From contig CAXSEE010000001.1 of assembly GCA_964235615.1 (NCBI GenBank), positions 200 to 64,199 of the forward strand: DNA of 64,000 bases, in the 5' to 3' direction. The stretch is from an uncultured Acetobacteraceae bacterium (GTDB lineage Bacteria; Pseudomonadota; Alphaproteobacteria; Acetobacterales; Acetobacteraceae). This document shows positions 19,654 through 29,704 of this stretch, one piece after another. The position numbers and the translations under genes were made by a program. Position 1 is the first letter of the stretch, and each line of letters starts with the position of its first letter. The notes beneath the pieces are model-generated. The model saw only the letters and a list, made by a program, of their open reading frames with translations, did not search any database and had not been told where the DNA came from.

Positions 19654-21185
19654 GGGCCTGCTGGCCGATCGATTGCCGGGAACCGTGCCCGCGCCTCGAT
19701 ATCGTCCAGCCGCATATGGCTGCGGACGTAGAGCTTGGCGGCGTCGCGGTCGGGCTGGTGATCCCAGGAACGGTGCGTCCCCCGGTTCAGGGCGTCGGCG
19801 ACGAAATGGCGGCGCTTCTGGCTGGCGAGGATTTCATCCCGAAGCCGATCGAGGTCCCAACGACGCGCCACTTCCACATGGAATTCCGCGACTTGCGCTG
19901 CATGCGCGGCATCTTCCGCAAGGTTGGCCCGCTCGCCCGGATCCTGGGCGAGATCGAACAACTGATCCGGATCGGCCGGACAATGAATGAACTTGTAGGA
20001 CCCGCGCCGGATCATGACGACGGGCGCCACCGCGCCTTCTGCCGTGTATTCACCGATGACGCCGTCGTGTCCGGCAACACCGAGGCAATGGGGAAGCAGG
20101 CTGTGCCCATCGAGAGGCGTCGCATAATCCGTGACGTCGCCGGCAGAGGTGAGCTCCACCAGGGTCGGCAGCAGATCCACCAGAGACACGCACTCCCTGA
20201 CGCGCCGCGGCATGAAACGGTCCGGCGCGCCGATCATCAGCGGGATTCGGCAGCTGCCCTCGAAGAAGTTCATCTTGAACCATAGGCCATGCTCGCCCAG
20301 CATCTCGCCATGGTCCGACAGCAGGATCACGATGGTGTCGTCGGCCATGCCGCTGCGATCGAGCGCTTCGAGCAGCAGGCCGGCATTGTCGTCGAAGAAC
20401 GAGCAGGCGCCGTAATAGGCGCGGCGCGCGGCTCGGACCTGCTCCGGCGTTGGGATTGTCTGGTCCAGACCGATCACGTGACGCAGGCGCCGGCTGTGCG
20501 GATCGTTCGCGGCCTCTTCCGCTGGCATGTCGATCCGCGCATCGTCGTAGCGGCTCCACCACGGGTCAGGAATGGTGAAGGGATCATGCGGATGGGTCAG
20601 GGACACCACCATGCAGAATGGTCTCCGGGCCGGATCCCCTTCCGGCGCACGCGCGATATCGAACAACTTCTGCCGCGCCGAGAACACCACTTCCTCGTCG
20701 AAGTCGATCTGGTTGGTGCGTATGCACCAGCCGGCGTCGGTCACGGACGCCATGCTGTGATACCATTCGGGCCGTTCGCGGAAGCGGGTCCAATCCGGGG
20801 TCCAGTTATAGTCGGCCGGATAGATATCCGTCGTCAGCCGCTCCTCGAAACCATGCAGCTGCTCCGGTCCGCAGAAATGCATTTTTCCCGCAAGGATGGT
20901 CTGGTATCCCGAGCGGCGCAGATAATGGGCGAATGTAGGAGTCTGCGAGGGAAACTCGGCGGCATTGTCGAACGCGCCAATCGCGCTCGGCAGACGGCCG
21001 GACATCATGACGGCACGCGACGGCGCGCAGAGCGGCATGTTGCAATAGGCATTTTCGAAAACCACCGAACGCGCCGCCAGGCGGTCGAGATGGGGAGTTT
21101 TCGCAACCTGGTTTCCGTAGACCGGTAACGCGGAAGCCGCCATCTGATCGGCCATGAGGATCAGGATGTTCGGCTGTGTCTTCAT
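19650..21185 (-). CDS. betC: Choline sulfatase
   Basis: PNILILMADQ, formylglycine motif CAPSR, GKMHF, RLTTDIYPAD, HPHDP, WFKM; 511 aa from ATG 21185. Confidence 0.92.
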   Translation of the reverse strand: MKTQPNILILMADQMAASALPVYGNQVAKTPHLDRLAARSVVFENAYCNMPLCAPSRAVMMSGRLPSAIGAFDNAAEFPSQTPTFAHYLRRSGYQTILAGKMHFCGPEQLHGFEERLTTDIYPADYNWTPDWTRFRERPEWYHSMASVTDAGWCIRTNQIDFDEEVVFSARQKLFDIARAPEGDPARRPFCMVVSLTHPHDPFTIPDPWWSRYDDARIDMPAEEAANDPHSRRLRHVIGLDQTIPTPEQVRAARRAYYGACSFFDDNAGLLLEALDRSGMADDTIVILLSDHGEMLGEHGLWFKMNFFEGSCRIPLMIGAPDRFMPRRVRECVSLVDLLPTLVELTSAGDVTDYATPLDGHSLLPHCLGVAGHDGVIGEYTAEGAVAPVVMIRRGSYKFIHCPADPDQLFDLAQDPGERANLAEDAAHAAQVAEFHVEVARRWDLDRLRDEILASQKRRHFVADALNRGTHRSWDHQPDRDAAKLYVRSHMRLDDIEARARFPAIDRPAGP

Positions 21186-21204
21186 GCCATACCCTGTAGA
21201 ATAA

Positions 21205-22332
21205 TCAGAGGTCGCCGAACAGCCGAACGCCTGCCCGCTCGGACCAGAACGGCGTAGCGGTTGGCCCACGCCCAGACGACACATGCGACGTCTCGGCCGA
21301 GGGCGGCTTCTCGATCAGCCGGGCGTTGCGTGCTTCGGTCGGGCTGTGGCCGAACACCATCTTGAACTGGCGGGAGAAATGGGCGCAGTCCGAAAACCCG
21401 GTCTCGATCGCAATCGTGGTGACGGACATGTCCGCGTTGGTCAGCAGCCAACGCCCATGGCGCAGGCGGAGCTGCCGGTAGTGGGCACCGGGCCTGACGC
21501 CGAGTGCTAACTGAAAAAGCCGTTCGAGCTGGCGTGGAGAGATATGAAGCTCGCGGGCGATTGCAGCAATGGAGACAGGAGAGGCGAGATTCTGCTCCAT
21601 CAGCAGCAAGGCCCGCCGGACGCGGCTGTCCTGCACATCGTCATACCCTCCCTGCAGGGGCGGATGCGGCTGCAGGCTGGCCTCGTCGCGTTGCATCCGG
21701 CCAAGCAGCAGCACATGGCTGGCTTTTTGCGCAATCGAGTGACCGAGGCGCTGCTCGATCAGGCAGGCTGCAAGGTCCGCGGCACCAACACCGCCGGCAC
21801 AGGTGATCCGGTCGCGATCGACCAGGAACATCCGGTCCGTCACGACGGCATGGTCGGGGAAGTTCTCCTCGAAATCGCGGCTGTGGTACCAGCTGATGCA
21901 ACTGGTATAGTCCTGCATGAGGCCGGCCCGGCACAGCACGAATACGCCGGTGCAGATGCCGATGAGCTTGACGCCGGCACGAGCGGCCTTGTGCAGATAA
22001 TCGATGGTCGCGTCATCCACCTGCCGCCGGCCATGCAACAGGCCGCCGACAATGACGATATAGTCGAAGCCGCGCGGATCGACGAAGCCGCTGGTGCGGC
22101 TTACGGTGACGCCGCAACTGGCGTTCGCCGGTTCCGGCCGATCGCTCATGACCGACCATTGGCAGAGGATCTGCCGGCTGCGGTCCCCCTCGTCGGCCGC
22201 CAGTCTCAGATGATCGACGAACAGCGCGAACGCCGACAGTGTGAAATTCTCGGCCAGGATGATCCCGACCGACAGCTTGGCGCGCGGCGAACGCGGTGCC
22301 TGATCCGAAAACGGGTGATGCGTGCGGGTGAT
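21205..22332 (-). CDS. GlxA/GbdR-like AraC regulator (DJ-1 domain + HTH); start codon non-canonical or disrupted
   Basis: In-frame upstream extension LSVGIILAENFTLSAFALFVDHLRLAADEGD, GICTG, TCAGG, SPRQLERLF, GFSDCAHFSRQFK; frame open to 22359 with no ATG/GTG/TTG before internal Met 22149; ATC at 22332 lies 7 nt after AGGAG. Confidence 0.8.
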   Translation of the reverse strand: MTRTHHPFSDQAPRSPRAKLSVGIILAENFTLSAFALFVDHLRLAADEGDRSRQILCQWSVMSDRPEPANASCGVTVSRTSGFVDPRGFDYIVIVGGLLHGRRQVDDATIDYLHKAARAGVKLIGICTGVFVLCRAGLMQDYTSCISWYHSRDFEENFPDHAVVTDRMFLVDRDRITCAGGVGAADLAACLIEQRLGHSIAQKASHVLLLGRMQRDEASLQPHPPLQGGYDDVQDSRVRRALLLMEQNLASPVSIAAIARELHISPRQLERLFQLALGVRPGAHYRQLRLRHGRWLLTNADMSVTTIAIETGFSDCAHFSRQFKMVFGHSPTEARNARLIEKPPSAETSHVSSGRGPTATPFWSERAGVRLFGDL

Positions 22333-22530
22333 GCGCGATCTCCTGGTGAGGATGCCTGCTCATCTGGCGGCGGAACATCACCAGCGCCAGCGCGAGGTTC
22401 ATTGCGAAACTTGTGCCGCTCCGGGCACTGCTTGCTGTTTCCAAAAAAGCGATCCGCCGATCTGCCTGCTTGCCCAACGATCGCGCATGACGGTTGCGTC
22501 CCTGCCTTGAAAACGTGCTTCCCGAACAGT

Positions 22531-22791
22531 CTTCCTGCCAAGGTGTGGCTGGCGATCCTCGATCAGGAGCTTTCATCGGATGATCTGCAGGCGACATTGC
22601 CGCGTCTGAGCGAGCCGGTATTGCCGATCTGGGGTGGCACGGACCCGATCATGCTGCCGGAGAACCGACAGACGCTGCGTAACGCTCTGCCGAAGGCGCA
22701 GGTGAAGATACTGCCCGATTACGGCCATAACCCGTTCTGGAAAGATCCCACCGCGGCCGCGAAGGTCATCAACGCCTCTCTGGCTTCCTGA
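22531..22791 (+). pseudogene. 3' fragment of an alpha/beta-hydrolase gene
   Basis: IWGGTDP and YGHNPFWKDP (acid and His motifs) present; N-terminal part with nucleophile GxSxG absent. Confidence 0.65.
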
Positions 22792-22818
22792 TCCAGCCGG
22801 CGAAGGCTCGCTCCCCTG

Positions 22819-24468
22819 TCACGCTACGTAGTAGGGTACGGTCGCCCGAGGCAGCGGCGCCCGTCCGCGCACGATATCGGCGATCTTTTCCGCGATCATG
22901 ATGGTCGGTGCATTCAGGTTGCCTGTCACCACCTGCGGCATGATCGATGCATCGACCACGCGCAGCGCTTCCAGGCCATGCACGCGGCCCTGCCCGTCCA
23001 CCACGGCCATGTCATGCATCCCCATCGCATTCGAGCAGGAAGGATGATAGGCGGTCTCCGCCCTAGCCCGGACGAACGCGTCGATCTCGCTGTCCGTGAC
23101 GCAGTCGGCACCTGGCGATATCTCGCGCCCGGCATAGGGTTCGAGAGCTTTCTGAGCGAATATGTCGCGGGTGATCCGGATGCCCGCACGGAACTCCTGC
23201 CAGTCCTGCTCATGCGACATGTAGTTGAACAGGATGCTGGGATGCCGCTTCGGGTCGCGTGAGACAAGCTGGATGCGTCCCCGGCTCGGCGAGCGCATGG
23301 AGCCGACATGGGCCTGGAAGCTGTGCGTCCTGATCGGATCACTGCCGTTGTAGTTCACCGCCACCGGCAGGAAATGATACTGCAGGTTCGGCCAGCCGAC
23401 GCTGTCGTCGCTGCGTACGAAGCCGCCGGCCTCGAACTGGTTGCTGGCGCCGATGCCCGTGCCCGCGAGCAGCCATTCGGCGCCGATGCGCGGCTGATTG
23501 CGACGCTGGAACGCGGGCGACAGCGAGACCGGCTGCCGACACTCATATTGCATATACATCTCCAGGTGATCCTGAAGATTGGCGCCCACGCCGGGCAGGT
23601 CCAGGATCACCGGAATATCCAGTTCGCGCAGCAAGGTGGCGCGACCGATGCCGGAGCGCTGCAATATCTGCGGCGAGGCAATGGCGCCGCCGCAGAGGAT
23701 GACTTCGCGCCTTGCTCGTGCCACGCAGTCGCGGTCATGCACCGAATAGGCAACTCCGGTGGCGCGCCGCCCGGAGAACAGGATACGGTCCGTCAGCGCA
23801 TGGGTCACGATGCGCAGGCGCGGCCGGGCGCGGGCCTGGCCGAGATAGCCGCGCGCGGTGCTGGAACGCCTGCCGCGTGGCGTCACCGTCCGCGACATCG
23901 GGCCGAAGCCTTCCTGCCGGTAGCCGTTGAGGTCGTCGTTGCGTGGATGGCCCGCCTGTGTGGCGGCCTCGATCATGGCACGGAACAGGATATTGTTCCC
24001 GGCGTCCGGTGTCGTGACAGAGATCGGGCCGTCATCGCCATGATAGGCGTCCGCGCCGATGTCGCGCGTCTCGGACTTGCGGAAATAGGGCAGGCAGTCG
24101 TGGTAGCTCCAGTCCCCGAGACCCGGCCGCGTGGCCCAGTTGTCGTAGTCGAGCGCGTTGCCGCGGATATAGCACATGCCGTTGATCAACGAGGATCCGC
24201 CAAGACCCTTGCCACGGCCGCAATCCATGCGGCGGTTTTTCATGTGCGGTTCTGGGTCCGTTTCGTAACCCCAGTTATAGAGCCGGCCTTGCAGCGGATA
24301 GGCCAGCGCCGCCGGCATCTGCGTGCGGAAATCGAACCGGTAGTCCCGGCTCCCGGCTTCGAGCAGCAGCACAGTCACGTCCGCATCCTCGGTCAGGCGT
24401 GCGGCCAAAACATTCCCAGCCGATCCCGCGCCGATGATGATGAAATCATATTCGGACACGACGGACAC
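22819..24468 (-). CDS. betA: Choline dehydrogenase (GMC oxidoreductase)
   Basis: [53 protein letters not shown]; GTG 24468 after AGAGGG. Confidence 0.95.
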   Translation of the reverse strand: MSVVSEYDFIIIGAGSAGNVLAARLTEDADVTVLLLEAGSRDYRFDFRTQMPAALAYPLQGRLYNWGYETDPEPHMKNRRMDCGRGKGLGGSSLINGMCYIRGNALDYDNWATRPGLGDWSYHDCLPYFRKSETRDIGADAYHGDDGPISVTTPDAGNNILFRAMIEAATQAGHPRNDDLNGYRQEGFGPMSRTVTPRGRRSSTARGYLGQARARPRLRIVTHALTDRILFSGRRATGVAYSVHDRDCVARARREVILCGGAIASPQILQRSGIGRATLLRELDIPVILDLPGVGANLQDHLEMYMQYECRQPVSLSPAFQRRNQPRIGAEWLLAGTGIGASNQFEAGGFVRSDDSVGWPNLQYHFLPVAVNYNGSDPIRTHSFQAHVGSMRSPSRGRIQLVSRDPKRHPSILFNYMSHEQDWQEFRAGIRITRDIFAQKALEPYAGREISPGADCVTDSEIDAFVRARAETAYHPSCSNAMGMHDMAVVDGQGRVHGLEALRVVDASIMPQVVTGNLNAPTIMIAEKIADIVRGRAPLPRATVPYYVA

Positions 24469-24478
24469 GAACCCTCTT

Positions 24479-25948
24479 TCAGAAGACGGAGCCAAAGCGG
24501 CCGAGCTCGACCTGGACCGACTTGATGCGCGTATACAGTGCCAGCGTCTCCATCCCGTTCTCGTGGCCGATGCCCGACTGCTTATGCCCGCCCACCGGCA
24601 TCTGCGGCGGCGACTCGCCCCAGCCGTTCAGCCAGCAGATGCCGGCCCGGATCCGGTGGATGACACGATGCGCACGCGCCAGGTTTTCGGTAACGACGCC
24701 GGCGGACAAGCCGAAATGCGTGTCGTTGGCGCGAGCGATCACCTCGTCCTCGTCGTCGAACGCCAGGATGCTCATCACGGGGCCGAAGATCTCCTCGCGG
24801 ACGATGGTCATCCGGTCGTTGCAATCGGTGAAGATGGTGGGCTCGACGTAAGCGCCCCGCGCATGTGCATCGCCGCCCACGCCGCCGCCTGTCAGCAGCT
24901 TCGCACCCTCCTCGCAGCCCCTGGCGATATAGCCCAGTACGCGATCCCGATGCGGGAAGCTCGCCAGCGGACCGAAGTTCGTGTCAGGCGACAGCGGATC
25001 GCCCATGCGTATGCGCGCCGTGCGCTCCAGCACCGCGATCTCGAAGGCGGCCAGGATGCTGCGATGGACGAACACGCGCGTGCCATTGGTGCAGACCTGG
25101 CCGGAGCTGTAGAAATTCGCCATCAGCGCGATGTCGGCCGCACGGGCAAGATCGGCATCGGCGAAGATGATCAGCGGCGCCTTGCCGCCCAGCTCCATCG
25201 TCACCTCCTTCAGCGACGAGGACGCCGCGCGCGCCATCACCGTCCGCCCGCTCGCAATACCGCCGGTGAAGGATATCTTGTCGATCCCCGCGTGATCGGT
25301 GAGTTGCTGTCCGACATCGCGGCCGTTGCCCTGGACCACATTGAACACGCCCGGCGGCAGTCCGGCCTCGCTGTAGATCTCCGCGAGTTTTTGGGCAGTC
25401 AGCGGCGTGATCTCGCTCGGCTTGAAGATCATGGCGTTGCCGGCCGCGAGTGCGGGTGCGGACTTCCACAGCGCGATCTGGATCGGGTAATTCCAGGCGC
25501 CGATCCCGGCCACGACGCCGATCGGCTCCCGCCGCGTGTAGAAGAAGCTGCTGTCGCGCAAAGGCAGCTGGATGCCTTCGAGGCTCTGGCATAGGCCGGC
25601 ATAATATTCGAGCACGTCCGCGCCGGTGGCGATATCGACCGATGCGGTTTCCGAGATCGGCTTGCCGGTGTCGAGCGTCTCGATCCGGGCGAGTTCTTCG
25701 TTGCGCGCGCGCAGGATGCCAACTGCGTGCAACAGGATACGCCCGCGTTCGGCGCCGGTCATCGACGCCCAGATTGATTGGCCATGGCGCGCACTGGAAA
25801 CAGCCCGTTCGATATCTGCCGACGTGGCGGGCTGGATCTCGGCAAGGACTTCACCATTCGCCGGATTGATGCTCTGGAACGCCTCCGCCCTCGTCGCCTC
25901 GACGAAGCTGCCGTCGATATACGAGGTCTGCAAAGGGAACAGCGGCAT
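24479..25948 (-). CDS. betB: Betaine aldehyde dehydrogenase
   Basis: [28 protein letters not shown]; adjacent to betA. Confidence 0.93.
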   Translation of the reverse strand: MPLFPLQTSYIDGSFVEATRAEAFQSINPANGEVLAEIQPATSADIERAVSSARHGQSIWASMTGAERGRILLHAVGILRARNEELARIETLDTGKPISETASVDIATGADVLEYYAGLCQSLEGIQLPLRDSSFFYTRREPIGVVAGIGAWNYPIQIALWKSAPALAAGNAMIFKPSEITPLTAQKLAEIYSEAGLPPGVFNVVQGNGRDVGQQLTDHAGIDKISFTGGIASGRTVMARAASSSLKEVTMELGGKAPLIIFADADLARAADIALMANFYSSGQVCTNGTRVFVHRSILAAFEIAVLERTARIRMGDPLSPDTNFGPLASFPHRDRVLGYIARGCEEGAKLLTGGGVGGDAHARGAYVEPTIFTDCNDRMTIVREEIFGPVMSILAFDDEDEVIARANDTHFGLSAGVVTENLARAHRVIHRIRAGICWLNGWGESPPQMPVGGHKQSGIGHENGMETLALYTRIKSVQVELGRFGSVF

Positions 25949-25957
25949 CTCGGACCT

Positions 25958-26677
25958 TCAGCTGCTGGCGACGGGCTGGATAAATCCGAGCCGGGCGAGA
26001 TGATCGAGTATGGCTTCGGCGGCGGCTTGCGGCGTGACGTCGCGCAGGAGCGTCCGCGTCATGGGTGCCGCATCCTGCGGGATGACACGCGGGCGCTTCC
26101 GGTAGGGCCGCTCCTCGATGCCTGTAGCCGGTGCAGGCGGGAGTTCACGAATTTGCGGAACCGTGTTGATCGAGACCATGCGGCTGCGCGCGAAGGTGAA
26201 GGGCGGTGGCGGTGGCGCCGCGGGATGCACCGTCGCGATGATCGGGCCGCGCAGGGTTGCGATCCGTCGCGCACCGCGTGGCCGGTATTGCGCGATCTCG
26301 AAGCCCGCATCGGTGATGTCGAGCGAGGTCGCGTCGGCGACGATGGGCCAGCCGAGCGCATGCGCCAGGCCGTAGGGGAGCACGCCGCTGTCCGTGCCGC
26401 CCATGCCGCGCCGCCCGGCCAGCAGGATATCCGGCTCGAGCGCACGGACGATCGGAAGTAGGATGTCTGTTTCAGGCGGCCCATCGAGCCGATGGATGAA
26501 GTCCACGCCGTAGCCGCCATGCTCGCGCAGCAGTTCGGTCTCGGGACCGGCATGCACGCCGATGACATGCATCGCGATACGTCGGGCCAACCCGATCGCC
26601 TGCAATTCAACCTCGACCGGCGCCGGACGGCCCGAGACAGGATGCCGGCCGGACGAGATCAGCACGACGATTCTCAT
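25958..26677 (-). CDS. etfB: Electron transfer flavoprotein beta subunit, Dgc-associated
   Basis: GRHPVSGR, LAGRRGMGGTDSG.LPY; position after dgcAB and ETF alpha. Confidence 0.75.
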   Translation of the reverse strand: MRIVVLISSGRHPVSGRPAPVEVELQAIGLARRIAMHVIGVHAGPETELLREHGGYGVDFIHRLDGPPETDILLPIVRALEPDILLAGRRGMGGTDSGVLPYGLAHALGWPIVADATSLDITDAGFEIAQYRPRGARRIATLRGPIIATVHPAAPPPPPFTFARSRMVSINTVPQIRELPPAPATGIEERPYRKRPRVIPQDAAPMTRTLLRDVTPQAAAEAILDHLARLGFIQPVASS

Positions 26678-26687
26678 GCGGGCGGTC

Positions 26688-27818
26688 TCAAGCGGGGGGC
26701 CTCATGCGGGGAGGCCTCGGTCCGAGCGCCTCGACCAAAGCTGCGGATACCGCCTGCGCATCGGCGATGACCGCCAGTTCCGCCCGCTCCACCATCGCCG
26801 CATGCAGGTCCGTGTTGACGGCGATGATATGGCCCACCCGCCCGATACCCTGGAGATGCTGTGGTGCCCCGGAGATGCCGAGCGCCATGTAGCAATCGCT
26901 TTCCAGCACTGTTCCCGAGGCGCCGATCTGGCAGGTCCTCGGCAGCAGGCCCGCATCGCAAATCATCCGGCTGCCGCCTGGCGTGGCGCCGAGGCGAGCG
27001 ACCAGAGTCCGGAACAGGTCGAAGTCCGAGACGCCATTGCCGGCGGCTACGACAAAAGCGGCGTCCGACAGGCTGAGTGTCGCCGGGTCGCCGTCCATCG
27101 ATCGGAATGCGAGGTGCGGATCTGGCGGGGCGCCAAGTTCGGGCTGCCACTCATGCAGGCGAAGCGCGTGCGGGATGCCGCCATAAGGGCGGGTCCGGTC
27201 CGGCTGCAACGAAAGCAGCACCGCCGGGGTTTGCATCTGCTCGACGCGCCGGGCATGCGCCGCACGGATCGCGCCACGCGGTGAAAGCGCTTCGATATCG
27301 GTGATCAACGTCTCTCCCGTCAGGACCGCGACGCGACGGGCGAGGTCGCCGCCATCGAGGCTTTCGGGAAACAGCGCATGACGCGGCGACAAGGCCCGTA
27401 TCACGTGCGCGACCGCTGCCGCCCGCTCCCCGGCACCGGAGTTCGCCAGCTCTGGCAGGATCACGAGCCTGTCGCCACCCGCTCTGGCGGCTTCGGCCTG
27501 GTAGGCTTCGTCTACGACCGCCGACAGGATCACCACCGCCCCCAGGGCGGCATCGGCAAGCTGCCGTGCAGCGCCCAGAAGCTGCCGGTCATGCAACGAG
27601 AGCCGGCCGCCCTCTGCATCAGGCACCACCAGGACGAGGCAGGCCGGCGCGTCGATGCTGATCTCCCGCAAGGGCGGAGCCGGACCGGGGCGATGCGTGT
27701 CGGCACCCATCGAGGATGCGACCTCAAGGCCGAAACGCGGGCGGCCAGCCTCGCCGGCAGCCCGCGCACGGGATTGCCGCGCGGCACGGGGATCAGACCG
27801 CTTGCGCCCTTCGGTCAT
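26688..27818 (-). CDS. etfA: Electron transfer flavoprotein alpha subunit, Dgc-associated
   Basis: QIGASG, GISGAPQHLQGI, AVNTD; ATG 27818 overlaps the dgcB stop. Confidence 0.85.
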   Translation of the reverse strand: MTEGRKRSDPRAARQSRARAAGEAGRPRFGLEVASSMGADTHRPGPAPPLREISIDAPACLVLVVPDAEGGRLSLHDRQLLGAARQLADAALGAVVILSAVVDEAYQAEAARAGGDRLVILPELANSGAGERAAAVAHVIRALSPRHALFPESLDGGDLARRVAVLTGETLITDIEALSPRGAIRAAHARRVEQMQTPAVLLSLQPDRTRPYGGIPHALRLHEWQPELGAPPDPHLAFRSMDGDPATLSLSDAAFVVAAGNGVSDFDLFRTLVARLGATPGGSRMICDAGLLPRTCQIGASGTVLESDCYMALGISGAPQHLQGIGRVGHIIAVNTDLHAAMVERAELAVIADAQAVSAALVEALGPRPPRMRPPA

Positions 27819-29704
27819 GACAACACCAGCGCGTCGAGAACGAACTCGGCCACGTCGCGCACCTGCGGCCGTGCGCCCGCGACGCCTTCGAGCATGGCGG
27901 TGCAGCCCGGACAGGCAACCGCGACCGCCACGGCGCCCACTTCGACCGCCATGGCCATGCGCAGGTCCGGAATGCGCGTCTGCGCATCGACGTCGCTGAC
28001 CGGATTGCCGCCGCCGCCGCCGCAGCACATGCCGCGCATGCCGTGACGCTGCATCTCGACCCGTCCCGCGCAGGCCGCGTCGAGCAGCCGGCGCGGCGCT
28101 TCGATCTCGCCATTGTAGCGGCTCAGATAACAGGGATCGTGATACGCGATCACGCCGGCGTCGCGCTGTCGCAGAGGCAATCTGCCGGCAGTGACCAGCT
28201 CGTCCAGCAGGGCGGTGTGATGCGTGACGGTCCAGTGGCCGCCGAGAGCGGGATATTCGTTGCGGAGTATGTTCAACGCATGCGGGTCCGCCGTCACGAT
28301 GCGCGTGAAGCGGCGGGCGGACAGGGTGGCCACGACTTCCTTCGCGAGGGACTGGAAGGTTGCCTCGTCGCCAAGACGCCGCGCGAGATCCCCGGTGTCA
28401 GGCTCGGCTTCGCCCAACACGGCGAAGCGCTGCCCGGCCGCATCCAGCAGCCGCACCAGCGCGCGCAGGGTGCGGCCATAACGATGGTCATAGGCGCCAT
28501 CGCCGAGCCACAGCAGGATGTCCGTCTCGCCGCCCTCCGCCAGCACGGGCAGATCCAGGCCGGCCGCGAAATCCGTGCGTGCGGACAGGTCATGCGCACC
28601 GGGCTCGGCGGCATAGCGCGACGCGCGCAGAGAGGCGTGGGTGCCGCGCGGTGCGAGCCCGAGCATCAAGGTCTGGTGCCGGCGCAGATCGATGACGGCA
28701 TCGACATGCTCGATCATCATCGGGCACTCCTCGACGCAGGCGCGACAGGTGGTGCAGGCCCACAGCGTGTCCGGGTGGATCATCGCCCCGATGCCGATGA
28801 TCGGCTGCTGCGGTCCGGCGCGGCCTGCCGTGGGCGGCGCATGCGGGGCCGGACTGCCCGCGTAGGCTATCGCGGCTTCAGGCTGCATGGCGGCGGCGAG
28901 ATCGCGTATCAGCTTCTTCGGGTTCAGCCTCTGGCCGGCGGCGAAGGCGGGGCAGACCTGCTCGCAACGGCCGCATTGAATGCAGGCATCGAAACTGGCG
29001 AGCCTGTTCCAGGCGAAATCCGCCGGCGTGCCGCAACCGAGTTGCGGCGCATCCAGGTCGATGGACCGCAGGGCGACATCACGCCCGCCGCCGAAACGCG
29101 CCGGCCGTGGGTGAGACGCCAGCGTCACCACGCCGGCAATGGCATGACGCATCGGACCGCGCCGGAGCATCTCGACCAGCCCGCCGCCGCCAATCGCCGC
29201 GGCGGCCAACCCCACGACGGATAAGCCGTGAAAATTCCTGAACAGGGCTACGACCAATCCGCCGCCGAGATAGAGCCCGAGCCAGAGCGGCAGCCAGAGG
29301 AATGCACCGCCGGAGAGATGATCCGGACGCTGTGGGATGCGCCGGCGCGCGTCCAGCAGGGCGCCGATGAGGCCCACGCCGAACAGCAGGCCAACCCCAT
29401 CCCAGTAGACCGGCTGCGCGCGCAAGGCGGGCAGCACGCCGAGCAGCAGCAGCGCGGTTGCCCCGAGCAGGCCACCGGCCACCAGCGCATGCATTCGGGC
29501 CGCCGCCGGCCTGCGCGCCACCACATCATGCACATCCACCAGATAGCGCCGCGGTAGCGCCAGCAGCCCCTGTGTCCAGTCCACCGGCGCCGCACGGCCG
29601 ATGCGCCACTTGCGCGCACAGGACCAGGCGCAGAACAACGCGGCACCCGCCATCAGCCACACCAGGACGACAAGCCAGAGGCCCAAGCTCAGAGATCCTT
29701 GCAC
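27815..29704 (-). CDS. dgcB: Dimethylglycine demethylation Fe-S membrane subunit
   Basis: N-terminal TM segments, CIQCGRCEQVCP, CTTCRACVEECP, CCG domain YHDPC...CCGGGGG; exact start uncertain. Confidence 0.85.
   Translation of the reverse strand: MQGSLSLGLWLVVLVWLMAGAALFCAWSCARKWRIGRAAPVDWTQGLLALPRRYLVDVHDVVARRPAAARMHALVAGGLLGATALLLLGVLPALRAQPVYWDGVGLLFGVGLIGALLDARRRIPQRPDHLSGGAFLWLPLWLGLYLGGGLVVALFRNFHGLSVVGLAAAAIGGGGLVEMLRRGPMRHAIAGVVTLASHPRPARFGGGRDVALRSIDLDAPQLGCGTPADFAWNRLASFDACIQCGRCEQVCPAFAAGQRLNPKKLIRDLAAAMQPEAAIAYAGSPAPHAPPTAGRAGPQQPIIGIGAMIHPDTLWACTTCRACVEECPMMIEHVDAVIDLRRHQTLMLGLAPRGTHASLRASRYAAEPGAHDLSARTDFAAGLDLPVLAEGGETDILLWLGDGAYDHRYGRTLRALVRLLDAAGQRFAVLGEAEPDTGDLARRLGDEATFQSLAKEVVATLSARRFTRIVTADPHALNILRNEYPALGGHWTVTHHTALLDELVTAGRLPLRQRDAGVIAYHDPCYLSRYNGEIEAPRRLLDAACAGRVEMQRHGMRGMCCGGGGGNPVSDVDAQTRIPDLRMAMAVEVGAVAVAVACPGCTAMLEGVAGARPQVRDVAEFVLDALVLS

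Noticed and set aside
26674-26712. Repeated CCCGCATGAG at the ETF alpha/beta junction
   Set aside because: Short repeat that affects only a few terminal codons; both genes are intact.
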